A program made the position numbers and the translations under genes. The notes under the pieces were generated by a model that was not told where the DNA came from, did no database searches, and saw nothing but the letters and a program-made list of their open reading frames with translations. Of a stretch of 64,000 nt of DNA, positions 1 to 13,620 are shown piece after piece. Position 1 is the first letter of the stretch. Every line of letters begins with the position of its first letter. The DNA is from Trichosphaerium sp. ATCC 40318. Lineage: Eukaryota > Protista > Tubulinea. The stretch spans positions 124,001 through 188,000 of the forward strand of contig JALMLS010000332.1 in assembly GCA_038496445.1 (NCBI GenBank). Direction: 5' to 3'.

Positions 1-3000
1 AAGTATAAACCTGTAAAAGGCTCGCAAAGAAAGGAAGGGGTTTTTTTGAATCAAAAAACAAAAAAAATAGTTTAATACTCACGCTGGTTCTTTATCATAT
101 ATAGGAGCCTTGTTCGCTGTTGAAGGAAACCACATAGATTCCTGAATTTCAACAAGAACTAAGAAATGTAAGCACTTGAATAAACGCGAAACTAAAATGA
201 TAAAGTTGTAAACAAAAAAGCATACCATATTTATATTGCCACTGGACTATTGACTTATCTCGTGACCCTGTTAATACACACCCTCTTCCACAATCTAAAA
301 TACATCTACAATCGTCCTCGTGGACTTTAATTTGCTTCAAGCAATCAAAGGTCTAAACAAAGGGTAATAAGCAAACACAACCGACATTGAACAAAAAACT
401 TATAATTTTTAAACGTACTCTAGGGCTATATATGCGCACTGTACCGTGTCGTGATCCTGCCCATACGTACGATACACCAAACATAATTAAGGACAGGGTT
501 AAAACCCTGTCATCTGTTTTAATTTCGTGTACATACTCACGACGCTAAGAAAAAAATCAGAAAGTTTTGATAAGGAAACCAAAAAAAAAACACAGTACCC
601 AACGATCCCAAATTACAATTTTATGATTGCCACAAATCCACACGTGATTTCCAACTAATAAAATAGAATTTACTAAACCAACATCACAACGCCATGATTT
701 AAGGCATTGTCCGCTTTCATACTCAATAACATGAATACCAGAGGCAGTACCAACCCAAACATGCCTATTTGAAAAAAAAAGTTAGACCTGGACTAAAAAC
801 CGCGTACATACCTTTGACCCTCCAATCCATTATCTATAAAATACATACAACCAATAGGATCAGATACAGTCAAAGTCCCAGCAGGTTGATTATCCTTCCA
901 AATATGAATGTGACCATTAACATCACCAGTCCATATTTCACCGGTGGATACCTCTTCAGGAACGAGCATCATTGCCTAAAAGCAAGCTATGTTAGAAATT
1001 TGGCTCTATCTATAGTTCTCTTATTTAAACAAACCTTAACTATACTTCTATGTTTTTGAAAACGTGTTATAAGCTCACAAGTCTACAAACGAAGTCAGAA
1101 CCAAACAATGTCAAAAAAAAAAACCAAAAAAAAATTAGTTGATATTATACCATGGAGTCCCACACTGATACTGTAAAGTCCTCGGATGCAGCCCACACAA
1201 GACTACCGTTTGTTTCAATCATATATATTTGCTTATCATGAGCAACAACATTTTTGACTGGTGCATCGGGGTCAATACCAATAGGTGTTTTTGCAGTTGA
1301 TCGTAGTTTATAAATAAAAATACTTCCTCGTGATGAACCACACCATACTTTATCACGGACCTTTGTCATACATATAATACCCTGATTACCATCAGGTGAT
1401 GTATGTCTAGAGTCCATAACCAAACGATCGACTTCTAAGTCTAAGACACGATCGAGATTTTCGGCATACTCCGCAGGAGCCTAAAACGCAATCAGAAGTT
1501 TTTCATTTTCCAAAAATAATTTGTCCTGGATACAGATTTCCACGTGCGAGCTTTGAAATATAAAGAACGCAATGATGACGTATTTTTCATTGTAATAAAA
1601 AATAACTAATGATGTTTTAAAGATTTTTACCTTCTCTTCAATTAATTGCTTTTCAAGTTTGTTTTTTATCAATTTTATATTTTTCTGAATAAGTTCAAGT
1701 CCTTTCTCATAATCCTCATGGGTTATCTTTAACATATCAGTCGATATTTCTTTTGTAGGCGGACGCTTTGCCTAAGACATTAACAGTGAGATTATATAAC
1801 CTAGTAACGGTAGTTTAAACATACACCAATCTGACCCAAAAAATGTCCAATCTTTTTACGATAATTTGTAATTAACGGTCCAAAAGGCTTCATGTAAACT
1901 TCACCTTCCTTATGAGACATATTCGCTATAGATTGTACAATTTTTGATGCAAGAATAAGACCACGACGTGCACGTGGTGTAATACCTAATACCAACATAA
2001 ATGCTTTAAAACAGCCAATAGATTTCTTTTGTTTTTACCTGTACTAACTACTTTTAAATTATCAGGTGCAACCATGCCAGGACACAAGTAACGTAAAAAG
2101 AAGAACCCACCAACAACTGTATATTTACTCTCAGGAAACCTATCTTCAACAACAGTCTGTAAATACTGTGCAATCCCACGCAAATGCCTAAACATTTTCA
2201 ATTAAACAAATTTCAAAGTGAAGAAAAAAAAAAAACATTGTTTCTTTGTTCACCAGTCAACACATTGATGTTACGTTTCAGAGTATTCAAATTACGTACG
2301 ATGGGATCTTATCAGCAGAATTAAGCACACTTCTCATGAATCTATTGACCATTTGGGTCAAATTCGTTATATTTGCTTGAAGATTGTCATTTCCGTTTTC
2401 GAACTTAGATGAATCTACTTCATATGATAAACCGCTCATACATGCCTCTCGTACAAGAGGTGATAGTATGTATACTAAATACGACCTCCCAACAATTTTG
2501 GTATAAGCAGAAATAAATCGCGTTGCAAAGCTGTTATTTCGGAATAGAGTGCCCGCAGAAGCTGCATTCAAGTGTTAATACATGCACGTAGTATAATTGT
2601 ACAGTTATGAGTACTATGAGTCGGTTTGATAAAGGTGTAGCGTAAAAAGAAAAGATTTTTTGAGTACATAAATAATAAAGCTCTTTGCGGACACGTGCTT
2701 ACTTTGAGACGCGATTTCATCATCAATTGCGATATGAATGACTCTGGACATATCGTTTCTGTAGTAACTAATGTTTGCAAGAGCGCTGGCACATTTAGTC
2801 GCTTCGATAACCCCAGCGACGCGGCCTAGTGTCATTACATAGCATAGGTCGCCGTAGAAGAGCGCCTAATGCATAATCAAAAATAATAGTGTGAAGTGCG
2901 TTTAATATTGATTTTAAAACGTTTGGAAGTTTTCTGCAACATAGATTATAGACGCAAGCAACGAAATTAAGTATTTTGAGTCAACACAAAATGATCGTAA

Positions 3001-6000
3001 CAGATTTTGAGAACGTACCTCTGCAAAGCTTTTACACGCGCTCAAATGCGCAGACATTGAAAGATACTGTATGAACTGAAATTAGAGCACGACAGATCGT
3101 GCATTAAACGCTCTGCGAGCAAGAGTGTACAGGCAAGCCGTTGTTATAAATACTACTCACCGCAGCAGAATACCACACTTTGTTTTATGTTTGTGTACCG
3201 TATTTGACCAGACTTTTTCATTGTCTTCAAAACGCTTTAAGCATGGCATGTGTAACACATACACGATGCAAAGAAACGTCTACAAGGAAGCACGACACAA
3301 ACGTGCATTGACACTGTCAATACTCCTTCTTTCGTCAAGAAACAGCTCTAAGAGCGTTACTATGTTAATGTTTCTTTGCCGAGCGTTGAAAACACTGCAA
3401 ATTTTTCGAAAACTGTACAAAAGGACTAATTCCACTATCTTTATTATTTTTTGTTTTAGTACAACGGGTTTGGGGAGCAACAATGTCAAACTTGAAGTTT
3501 TTTTCGCCTCGAGAATTTGCAAGTTTCGTGTGTAGTATTACATGGCGTTTTCTCGGTCTATAGGTCCGTCAGATACAGCCTTTGGTAACCTCTTCTTACG
3601 ACGAGAACGTGAGTGATGGTTTGAACGTTTTTCTGACTTAACAAGCATCCCTTTTGTTCAAAATTAGTCAAAGAAAGAAAAGGAAGTCAAAAAAAGTCAA
3701 ATCCACTCTACCTGTTTTTTTATGTTGTCTCTGCTTTTTACTAACAGTTAAATCATCCGCAATAGCTCCATTACCTTGCTTTTCTGCAGCAATCTTATTT
3801 CTATACCAAACACGTGTTAAATAGTACTGCTAGGTGATAAAAATCTCAAAAAAATAGTTTTACCTTTTGGTTGCAAGAAGCGCATAAAAAGGGTTCCTGT
3901 GAACACTCCTATTAAGAGATGCCAACCAAGAATCCAATTCGTATTTTGATGGCGCTTGTATTATATACTCTGTATGATGACCTTGTACAAGTGTACCTCC
4001 TAGAAGAGAAATGGTGAGCAGATCATGTCACAAAAAAAATTGTGAAAAAATCGAACCTGAAAATTTAGATGCTTTGATTTCAGTGTCATGAGGGTTAGAG
4101 AGAATAAAAACGTTTTTACGCTTGCTCTCTGTGTATTTCTTAACCTCTAAACTCTCAAGTGGTATTATACCACAAGGGTCAGGGTCTGTAGGATCCTTAA
4201 AATACAAGAGATTGAACCCAGATAGCACAAACCTAAAAAACAGTAAATTGACCGCTCTTTAACTACCTTCAAGTACCAGCGCTTCTTCCAAGTTTTAATA
4301 CGTCCTCCCTGTTTAGTAAGCCATCCCTACATATAAGTCAATATCATTAAAAACAGTCAACGGTCCATCCAGGACTAATGTAACAAAAAATAAAAGTCCA
4401 AAGTGCACTTACCTTTTTATCAGCGTTACTGACAATTTCGCTTTGATAATTAAGTTTAATCTCGTCCATAATGATACTATCGTAAATAGCTTCCAAAAAT
4501 TCTTGGTTAAAGTCACCTCCGGAGTTCACACCTACAAGAACACGTGAGTCATAAGTTAAATATTTTCTTCTCTTCGGTCGTCACTAAAAACTGAACCTGC
4601 TTACCTCTGTTGGTGTTAATAAATTGTTCCTTGGTCATTTTATCACGAGGTCGAATAGCGTCATTGTGAGCATCAGTGTTGAGCATAATTGTAGAAAAAG
4701 CTAAAGTGTAAACAGCGTCTTCATGTCTGAATAACTCCAACGCTAAGTTCTGGTTGTAGTATACTGTAGCAAATGTTTCCATAATTCTATCAATCTTCTG
4801 GGCTTCTCCAGGTAGTCTGAAAGTAAGCAAATAACGTCTCAAAGCAGTAACGAATTCAGTCTCTAAGACAAAAGCTGTTATTTCTTTGAAAACAAGAAAG
4901 TTTCAAGAAAATATTGATCGAAACTCCATGTGCTTACCTTTGAAGTCAAAATGTTTTACATAAGCTTGTAGTATTGATAGATTCTCTGCTTCTCCGAAAT
5001 AGTCTCCCAAAACAGCAGGTTTACATGACTTGCTATTTTGGAACAAAAACAAACCAAGAGAATCAGGATTTTTAACATCAACGAGTTCGGCGAGATGTAA
5101 CATTGCAAGGCCCTTTAGAATAGTTAGACTGGTGTAAGGGTATACCTTTATGTGTATGTATGTAAATTACCTGTTTTGGATCCTTATTAAATTCAGCAAG
5201 ACCTTTAGTAAGAGCCATCATATCCTCTTCAGTTTTAGATTTACCTTTCGCTTTTCTATCAAAATTGAGAGATCTTGCTCTTCTCTGTACTTTAGGTGGT
5301 ATAACAGAGTCCTTCTTATCATCAGGATGCTTTTCGGGAGAAGTTAATCTTACATCCGTTATAGCAGTCAAACGTCTGTTGTTTGTATTTGTAGGCAAGC
5401 AAGGAATCTGGAGCTAAAAATAATAAAAAAATTAGAACGAAGAAGAAGTAAGTTTCCTGAGATTTCTCGCTCCGACGTACAGATTCAGAGTCTAGCGAAC
5501 TCATACTAGCATCCATAACAGCACGGACACGTGTTCCTTTTGAATTAGTAGGTAATGAACGACCGTTACGTCTCTTTGAAGAACGTGAGTTCTGTTTCTT
5601 TCGTTTTCTTGAAGAGGAACGCAAATACGAGTCATGTGCGGACATGATAGACCTAACAATAAATTAGCAAGGTAACACAACACTCATCGCTTGTAATTAG
5701 TACGTACTTGAAAGCTGAGCGATCTAATTTAGAGAGTTGTGTAGCAATATTCTTTTTTTGAATATCTGCTCCAAATCTCGCCAATAGCTTGGCAACTCGA
5801 GGATGGCCTCGCTGCAAGGAGTAGTATAAAGGTGATTTACCATGCTTTGATCTAAGTGATTGTCAGATATCTATTGTGCTGTTTGGTACTTGCGACGTAC
5901 AGTGCATTCACATTGGCCTTGCGAGCAAGAAGTAGTTTGCAAGAACTTAAAGCGCCAACAGCAGCTGCCACATGAAGTGGTGTGAGTTCTCTGTCATCAA

Positions 6001-7895
6001 CTTCAGTCACTTTACTTCCTTGTTCTAAGAGGGACTTTATACAGCCAACATGGTCGTTGTAGCAAGCGTTGAATAATGGTGTGCCGCCTAAAGAGCAACA
6101 TGTAAACAAAGAGCTTTGAAGAAAAAAAACTATCAAAAAACCAAAAACAATGATGTCAATGATGCTAAACTGAAACGTGCCTTGAAGATCTCTAGTGAGC
6201 AGGCTTGCGCCAGCTTCAATAAGCACGTGTATACAGTCCACATGACCATTGAATGCAGCCTAGATAAGATGAGTTACTATGATAACTAAGTCAATACCTA
6301 ATGTCTAAAGGTGCCTTGTGTAAAGGTGATGCACCGCCTTCCTCATCACAAAGGTTGACGTCTGCGCCTGCTTTTATGAGTAACTCTGCTACCTTCTTTG
6401 ATCCTGTGAAAACAGCCTGAACATAAACTTATCAGTAAAAAGATAACAAATAATCACGTGGTGAACGTACTTTATGTATAGGTGTAGCACCTTCTTTATC
6501 TGTTGCGTTAACGTTTGCTTGTTTTTTCAACAAGAATCTTACACATCGATACTGGTCATTATAAGCTGCCAAATGAAGTGGCGTAGCATCCGTATGGTCT
6601 TTACAATGAATATCAACCTATCAGAATACATAAGTACTTCTGTTGTTCCGCGGAAAGGGGAAGAGTAATTTACAATACCAAAGCATAAAAAAGTGAGTAC
6701 GTGCCTTTTTGTGTACTAATACTCGTGCGCACTCAGTATGCCCATTATAAGCAGCTTTGTGTAAAGGCTTTTCTCCTGCGGTATCAGATGCCATCAACTT
6801 TGCTCCTCTTGAGAAAGTCATCACATTTTAGAAAAACGAACAGGAAAAACTAAAAAACCGATTTGTAATCAAGAAAAATACCGTACCTATTCGCTAGCAA
6901 AGAAACAATATCAGGATGACCATTAAAGCAAGCTTGATGAAGTGGTGTCATATTATCTTCATCTTTTACATTTATATCGGCTTTATTAGCCAAAAGAACC
7001 TCACAGCATCTCACGTGACCTAAAGTTTCAAAATTACTAAATCGCAGCGATAATTAACTAAAAATCAAAAAATCTTGAAGAAATTACGTACCACCATAAC
7101 TTGCGTAGTGTAACGCTGTGTTCCCTTCAAAGTCTCCAATATTAACCTTTGCATGGTACCGTATAAGAATCTCTATACTTTCAACATCTCCTTTGAAAGC
7201 TGAATGATGAAGAGCGGTCTGAAAACAATATACAAATTAGTGTGATGGTAAAAAATACAAATAACATAATTTGTCACGTGATCAAACAAAATAACGCAAA
7301 AACAGGCAATAAACAACTTATACTGCGAAAAGAGCTTGAAAAGAGCGTTAAAAAAAATTATTGATGAAACAAAAAAAATTCTCGACTGACAATCGTTTCT
7401 CACCTGTCCTTCTTTATCTGCTGCCTGTGTATTTGCATCGTATATGAGGAGTTTCTCCACTACACTAGAAAAGCAGTTCTCCGCCGCATAGTGTAGAGGC
7501 GTACAAGAATCAGTATCCGGCACATTTGGATTTGCGTTTGCTCGTAACAGCTGAGAAACAATCTCAAGGTTACCTCGGAGGGAGGCTTTGTGTAATGCAG
7601 TACTTTCTTCACAGTCTCGCATGTCGACTTTGGCACCATGTTTTAATAGTAAACGGACTATGCGCACGTGATTTTGGTAGCTAGCGTTCTGTAAAGGTGT
7701 CGCGCCCAACTTGTCTGTACAATTAACGTCTGCGCCTTTCGAAAGCAATAATCTGACACAATTATATGCCCCTGAGTATGCTGCACAATGTAGGGCAGTT
7801 CTGGAGCTATCATCACTGTCATTAGGATCAATGGTGCGCAATAATTCTTCCAAGTGCTCTGCGTTCTTGGATAACGCAGCTTCTTGTAAGGACAT
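1..7895 (-). CDS. Large multi-exon signalling protein: ankyrin repeats - Sec7 (Arf-GEF) - PH - RasGAP - beta-propeller; 3' end runs off the window
   Basis: Ankyrin repeats (TALHCAA, TPLHYAA, TPLHVAA) at 5700-7895. Sec7 motif FRLPGEAQKIDRIME plus IMLNTDAHN at 4600-4840. Cytohesin-type PH ending LDSWLASLNRSVHRNPFY at 3863-4330. RasGAP arginine finger TLFRNNSFATR (about 2520-2550) and FFFLRYLCPGMVAP (about 2065-2105). VW(C/V)G propeller-type repeats below 1480. Exons between PH and RasGAP join in consistent phase. Confidence 0.85.
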
Positions 7896-8655
7896 GATGC
7901 TTCACCCAAAGAATACCATAAATTGAAAAATCAACGTAAAACGAAATGTACACCATTATATTCTATAATACCTACTGTTAGTGTGAGGCGTAAAAAACCT
8001 AATTAAGCCTGAAGGGTGGTAGTGACATGAGAAATGAGGCGTCAAACGCTATTAATTATTTTTTGTTTTGTGGTTTCATTGTACTGGCTGTTGTTTTGGC
8101 CAACTGCGCTTTGGTGACGTAATGTTGCGCGCAGACTGTTCGTAGGTCGTGATTCATTTTCTATTGCACGCTAGGAAGCGAAATAAACTTACGTAAGCAA
8201 CTGTTGTTGCGCTGTTAAGATAAACAGAAAATTATGGAAACGAGAACTGTTTCCGCAAATTACGTTAATAAGAGATTCATTCAACCATAAATTCCGTGTG
8301 ACAGCATAATTATATAAATTGTAATGCGATATAAGCGCGATTTGATTATTCAGAAGCAAAATAACCAATGTCCCTTCTACGTAACGTACTAGGTACTACT
8401 AACGCGCACAGATGCATTACTGAATCATTTTTTTGTAAAACCATGAGAATAACCCTTGTTCAACGCACTACACTATGCTCAAACATGATAATTTTGGCCG
8501 GAAGACGCAAAGTAACAGTTTTACGAAGCTAGAAAAGTTGGGAAAGTTTCTGTTATCCGAGCTTTTTTGGTGGAGTTTGCCAAAATTTAACCGATTTTCT
8601 GTTGGATTTTCATTATTTACAGTTTGGTTTAACGAAGCAACATCTCTCGTTTATT

Positions 8656-10262
8656 ATGACTACAACACAGAGTTCTATCAACAATTTCCTTCCACCTTCA
8701 ACTGACAATAGTTGCATGTTGGCTCTTTGCGAACAAACCTCGCTTGCAACCGAAAAATATTGCCACTCGCGTAGTACAGGGTCTTGCTATGGGGATAGAC
8801 TCCCTTGGAGCCCAAATACACATGTGGTGGTGCGCAATGCGACTTTTTTTTTTGCAAACTTAAGAGGATGACTTAAATGTTGGTTGTCGTTTCAGTTTGC
8901 AAATGATATCTGTTAGGTTAAAAACCAGCCCTTCTCGATCGTTGTAGGAGTGACACCGGCGAACACGTTCTTTACGTTTAAGACAGTAAGGCTTGAGGCC
9001 TGTCTGTGCTATGACGTGCAACACAAAAGTGGTCACGTGACGGAAACTGAATTGAAAGAAGTTCATTACGTCAAGCAAAAGCCCGTCGTCTACACAGCTA
9101 TAGTATCGAACAAGGGAACAAAAATCACTCTTGATCTCAAGATAAAGGTAGTGTGGCGTGCACGCTTACTTTTTTATCACACGTGTGATCGAACAAAAGC
9201 TTTTGTTTTCTTTTCTTTTTCTCATTTTTTTCGGCTTTTTTTTTTTGGAAGATAGAATGTTGTTTCTTGTTGCTATGGAACAACTTCTAACATTTCTCTT
9301 CTTAAGGTGTTAACGTCTCAACACGAAGACACTTTATTCCGCGTACGCCTTAGAGCACTAGATCCGGCGTCAAACACTTTGGTTCATCCTGGCGCTGAAA
9401 TCTTTTCAAGCCAGATACGAGTGATAAGTAAACCAGATCAAATTCACAAAAAAAAAACGCAAAAAAAGCGAAAGTCTCCTCATCAACGTTTAATTGAGAT
9501 CATGACTAACGTCGTTGAGACTCAAAAAAAGCAAGGCGAAGCTATTGAGGCTCTATCAAAGAAGTTGGACAGCTTAGACTATCATTCTTCTAATTATGCG
9601 CAAACACCTCTTCCTTTGCCTGATCAGCAAAGACCTTTGAGCCCTCTGAGGCCATTGAGTCCAATACGTGGATACAATCAACCTCCTACGTACGAACATC
9701 ACAGACCTCTTAGCCCTTTGAGACCTATGAGTCCTGCACGTGGTTACAATCCTTCTCCACTTCGTGATTCTGCAGAATTAGTGTTTGGATTCAACACTTT
9801 TGGTAATGCTTCTCCAATACGGCGTCCGGTTCGTGTTTTTTGATTTGTTTGTTTTTTTTCGTTTCACCTAGTGCATTGTGTAACGTGTAGTGTAGTACTC
9901 TCCAGTTCGTGCAGCTGATTCGACAAATAACGATGTTGAGCTAGAAAATGCTTTTTCTCACTTCGTTAATACGTATCTATGCACAGAAGAGTCTGAGCGT
10001 CCGTTTAAACTTAGAAAGGTTATTCATGACACGGAAGGCATGTATTTTTCGTTATTTTGTTGTTTGTTAACATCTAGAAGGTAAATCTAAAGGTGTCGTG
10101 GCGTCTGTAGTTAAAGCAGTTCAAAAGGAGATGTCTGGCTTTAACGGTCATAAAGCTACTTGCGATTGTGCAGATTGCCCTCATAAGCGTGAATTGGAGG
10201 CTATAATAGATTCGTACATGGAAAAATAAGAGTCAAAAAGGTTTGAGGAAGCTACAATGTAA
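8656..10262 (+). CDS. CudA-like transcription factor (amoebozoan family)
   Basis: Spliced translation contains LKIKVLTSQHEDTLFRVRL...SSQIRVISKPDQIHKKK, a short coiled coil, ERPFKLRKV and C-terminal CDCADCPHKREL. I recall these motifs from CudA-family proteins of Amoebozoa. Confidence 0.7.
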
Positions 10263-10438
10263 AAAAGAGAAATAGTAGTTGGTGTATTGTAAATAAAAGA
10301 GCGTTTGTAATGTTTTTGTAGAGTTGTTTTTGTAAATCGGTTAAGTGATGAGCAAATTAGTCAAGACCGTCCAGCGACCACATTGCGTGACCATCAATAA
10401 CACAAGCCAACCCTGTATGGAAATATAGAGAAAGAGAA

Positions 10439-12521
10439 ATGTCAAACAGTTTTTTATTGCTTGCCATTGCACTGTTGTTTTATGTTCCGACAAGCTGTTG
10501 GAGGGTTAGTAATGGAGAAGTACAAGTTGATGTACTTTTACACCAAAAGCGCCCAGTAACTCATAAACACGCGAAATTGAGTCTAAAACAGGCGTACAAG
10601 AGCCTTAATAACCCTCATTTAATTACTGTAGAAAACTGTACGCTAACCGCACAATACGCTTCCAGTCGTCATTAACAGCCTAAATAGTACCGGACATACA
10701 ATCAAAATGGATGTTCGATTCGGTTACGCCTGCTCCTCGCCAAACACGTACATATTAACGGGTGGTGTTTTGTGTAGCTCCAGTAAATGCACTCAAGCCT
10801 CCAGAGTCCCTCAAATCCTTGACTTGTCAAATAACATGGTACGCTTCAGTTTTTCCGTGAGCAACTCTAAAACTCTAAATTACGCTTATTTTCGTAGCCG
10901 TAATCTCTAGAAACCTTTTTGAGTGAAAACCAAGTGGATTTAAGTGTGTAATTAACGAATTTTGTTTTTACTTTAGGAATCAAACCCTCTCATTAATAGC
11001 TCCTATCTACTCCCTCCTATGTATGGACACTCAAGTATTGTTTTGCGGAACGAGATATGGATATTCCCTGGTTTAATTGATGACTCTGAGAGCTCATATA
11101 CAAAGGTTCTTCGGGTAGACTTAACAACTGGATTTCAAGTTTGGCATGACATTCCATTTTCAGGTTCGTATGGCATATCGTTATTTCCTTACTCATGTCA
11201 GAGCGTACATAGGTCGATTTGGAATGACTGTAGTCCATCATCCCTCTAAAGAGAATCATTTAATTATCGCTGGTGGATTACCATTAGACACTGAAAATTC
11301 CTTCAAATATGAGTTGTTAGAGTTTGATACTACAACTAATAACGTCAATACTTATGATAGTCGGCAACCTTCGAATGTTCTATACCCTCGTGTTTATATA
11401 ACAGATAGCGTTGTGAGTATAATGGGTGAGTACACAATCGACAGTGTGGATGGAGAAAATAGCATAATATCTACAACTGAAGAATTAGTTGATATCCAAA
11501 CTTCCCTTGTACGTTGATTATTGTATTTATTAATTGCTTACGTATATACACTAGCAATCATCGATTAGTGTTATAAAAAGGAAATTATTAGATGATCCTC
11601 ATTCACATGCTAACTGTAGCACAGCAACAAACTGTTGGAGCTGTACAAACATAGATAAAAGTTGTGTTTGGTGTTTATCTGAAGGAAAATGTACAACAAG
11701 ATCTGACTGTGTATGGACGCCTTATACAGATTGTTGCGTGACTATAAATTCGTGTAAAGATTGTACTGAGCGTGATGGGTGTGGGTATTGCTCTACTGAT
11801 AATTTTGTCGGGTGTCTAGCTGGAAATTCGCAAGGAACAAACGCGACGGTACTTTTTTTTTTGAAAGAATTTTTTCTTTCAGAAACACTTGACTTCTCTC
11901 TTTGTTGATTATTTCGTTTATACTATTTTAGTGGATTAAATGTTCATCTTGGTTATTTCACGAAGATCTAGAATCTGGTGATATATGTCCTAAAGGACCT
12001 GATGATAATTTTTCAGAATCTTTTTTGATTGGTGTTGTTTTATCTGTTGGCTTGTTTTTTGTTGTTCTAAGTATAACTCTGCTTGTTGCATTTATATATT
12101 ACTCCTTCAAAAAACAGAACGCACGTGATATGTTGATCAAGGTATGACGACAAAACAATCACAAAAGCCAAACTATTTCCCAAATTTTAAGGTTTTTTTC
12201 AACTCTTTTTAACTCTTTTCTCCATTTCATAAAACCACCACGTGGTCATTATTACAATTTTATGTTCTGCTCTAGAAACAGTTGCATAAAAATATCAAAT
12301 CTTTTTTGCTGTGGCTTAGTATACTTGAACAATTTGAACTCATTAGATTTTTTGTTTAGAGAAAACGAGAATTGCATGAAACAACATACTCACCTCATAG
12401 TGATGAGAATGGTGATACCCAAGGAGTAACAGGGACTAATGTACAGGTTACACAGAAAGGAGGGTACACAACTTTAGCACCACTCATTCGTAGAGGGCGA
12501 AAATCAACTATCATAAAATAA
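10439..12521 (+). CDS. Type I membrane protein with Kelch-like repeats and PSI-like Cys-rich repeats (attractin-like architecture)
   Basis: Signal peptide MSNSFLLLAIALLFY. Kelch-like RFGYAC..YILTGG, MYGHSS..IWIFPG and RFGMTV..LIIAGG. PSI-like CWSCT..CVWC and CKDCTERDGCGYC (11600-11830). TM helix at about 12020-12100. Cytoplasmic tail with YTTL. Confidence 0.65.
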
Positions 12522-12766
12522 GTGTAAAATAAACAGAAAATTCCGAGTTTGCCAGTGCTTTTCTGATACGGATACCGGTATCTACTTGCAACTGACGCTT
12601 TTCTTATCTTGCATTCTTGTCTTAGTGGATGTGGCAGTTTTTTTAAGGGACTGTCTACTATGCGTGCAGTGTATTCATAGAATTACCGTGAACGCTTTTT
12701 TCGGAGAATTTCTGCTGTGTTTCGTTCGGCAAGAAAAAAAACCATAAATTACGTTGTTAGTACAAC

Positions 12767-13430
12767 ATGAAGATTATCTTTTTAGACGTTGATGGCGTTT
12801 TGGTGCTTTTCACTAACAGAGGAGAGTTCAATGATGGCTGTTTAGCACAATTGAAGAGAATAATTGGTATGCAGCAATTAAAACAGCATATTAGTATTTC
12901 CTAACGCTCGTAGATGCTACTGGTGCGTCTATTGTTGTTACATCGTCGTGGAAGTACGCTAAATATACTTACAAACACAACTGTACGTTTAACAGCTTAA
13001 TAGGCGCGATGAAGCTCTGTTGAGCAAGCTTAACGCAGAATTAACAAAAAATGGCATTCCGAAGGTAATAGCTTGTATTACGCATAATAACTTACTCCAC
13101 GCGCGTAGGCAATCGACGCTACAACGGAAGCACCAACTTCTGAAAACCCAGCATTATCCAGATCAACAGAAATCAAAGATTGGGTTTCGAAACACTCTGA
13201 CTTAGAAGCTTGGGTTAGCTTACAACTAGCAGTATTATTGATAACTGACACATAGTATTAGGTTGCTGTTGATGATATGGGACTCACGCTGGATGAGGGA
13301 CACTTTGTAAGGATGCATAGAGAAAGGGGTATAACAGAGTACGTGGTTGTAATTGTTTTTGACATGTCAAATGATTTTGTCTTTTAGAGAACAAGCTGAT
13401 AAGGTAATTGGGTTCTTAAATGTAGTCTAA
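12767..13430 (+). CDS. HAD-superfamily phosphatase, 'Swiss Army Knife RNA repair'-like HAD domain
   Basis: Spliced protein MKIIFLDVDGVL...LKRIIDATGASIVVTSSWK...RSTEIKDWV...WVAVDDM...GITEEQADKVI shows HAD motifs I (DxDG), II (SS) and IV (DD). Missed by the ORF track because of five small introns. Confidence 0.8.
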
Positions 13431-13620
13431 GATAATGTCATATTACTGAATAAATCACATTAACAAACAATTAAGCCCAAGGGTAGTCTTCACACGTAAA
13501 ACTTTACTCGAATTTCCTTAATTAAGGACATGTTGAAACGGCACAATCGAAATGTTAAGTTCATGTGTTTGCAATAGAAATACGTTTGTTGTCATTTGTT
13601 TTATTTGTTTTATTTACATT

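Noticed and set aside
3235-3306. Additional GC-AG intron candidate (also ATG|GCACGG at the ilvA start, about 27061)
   Set aside because: In-phase GT alternatives exist nearby, so these were not counted among the supported GC donors.
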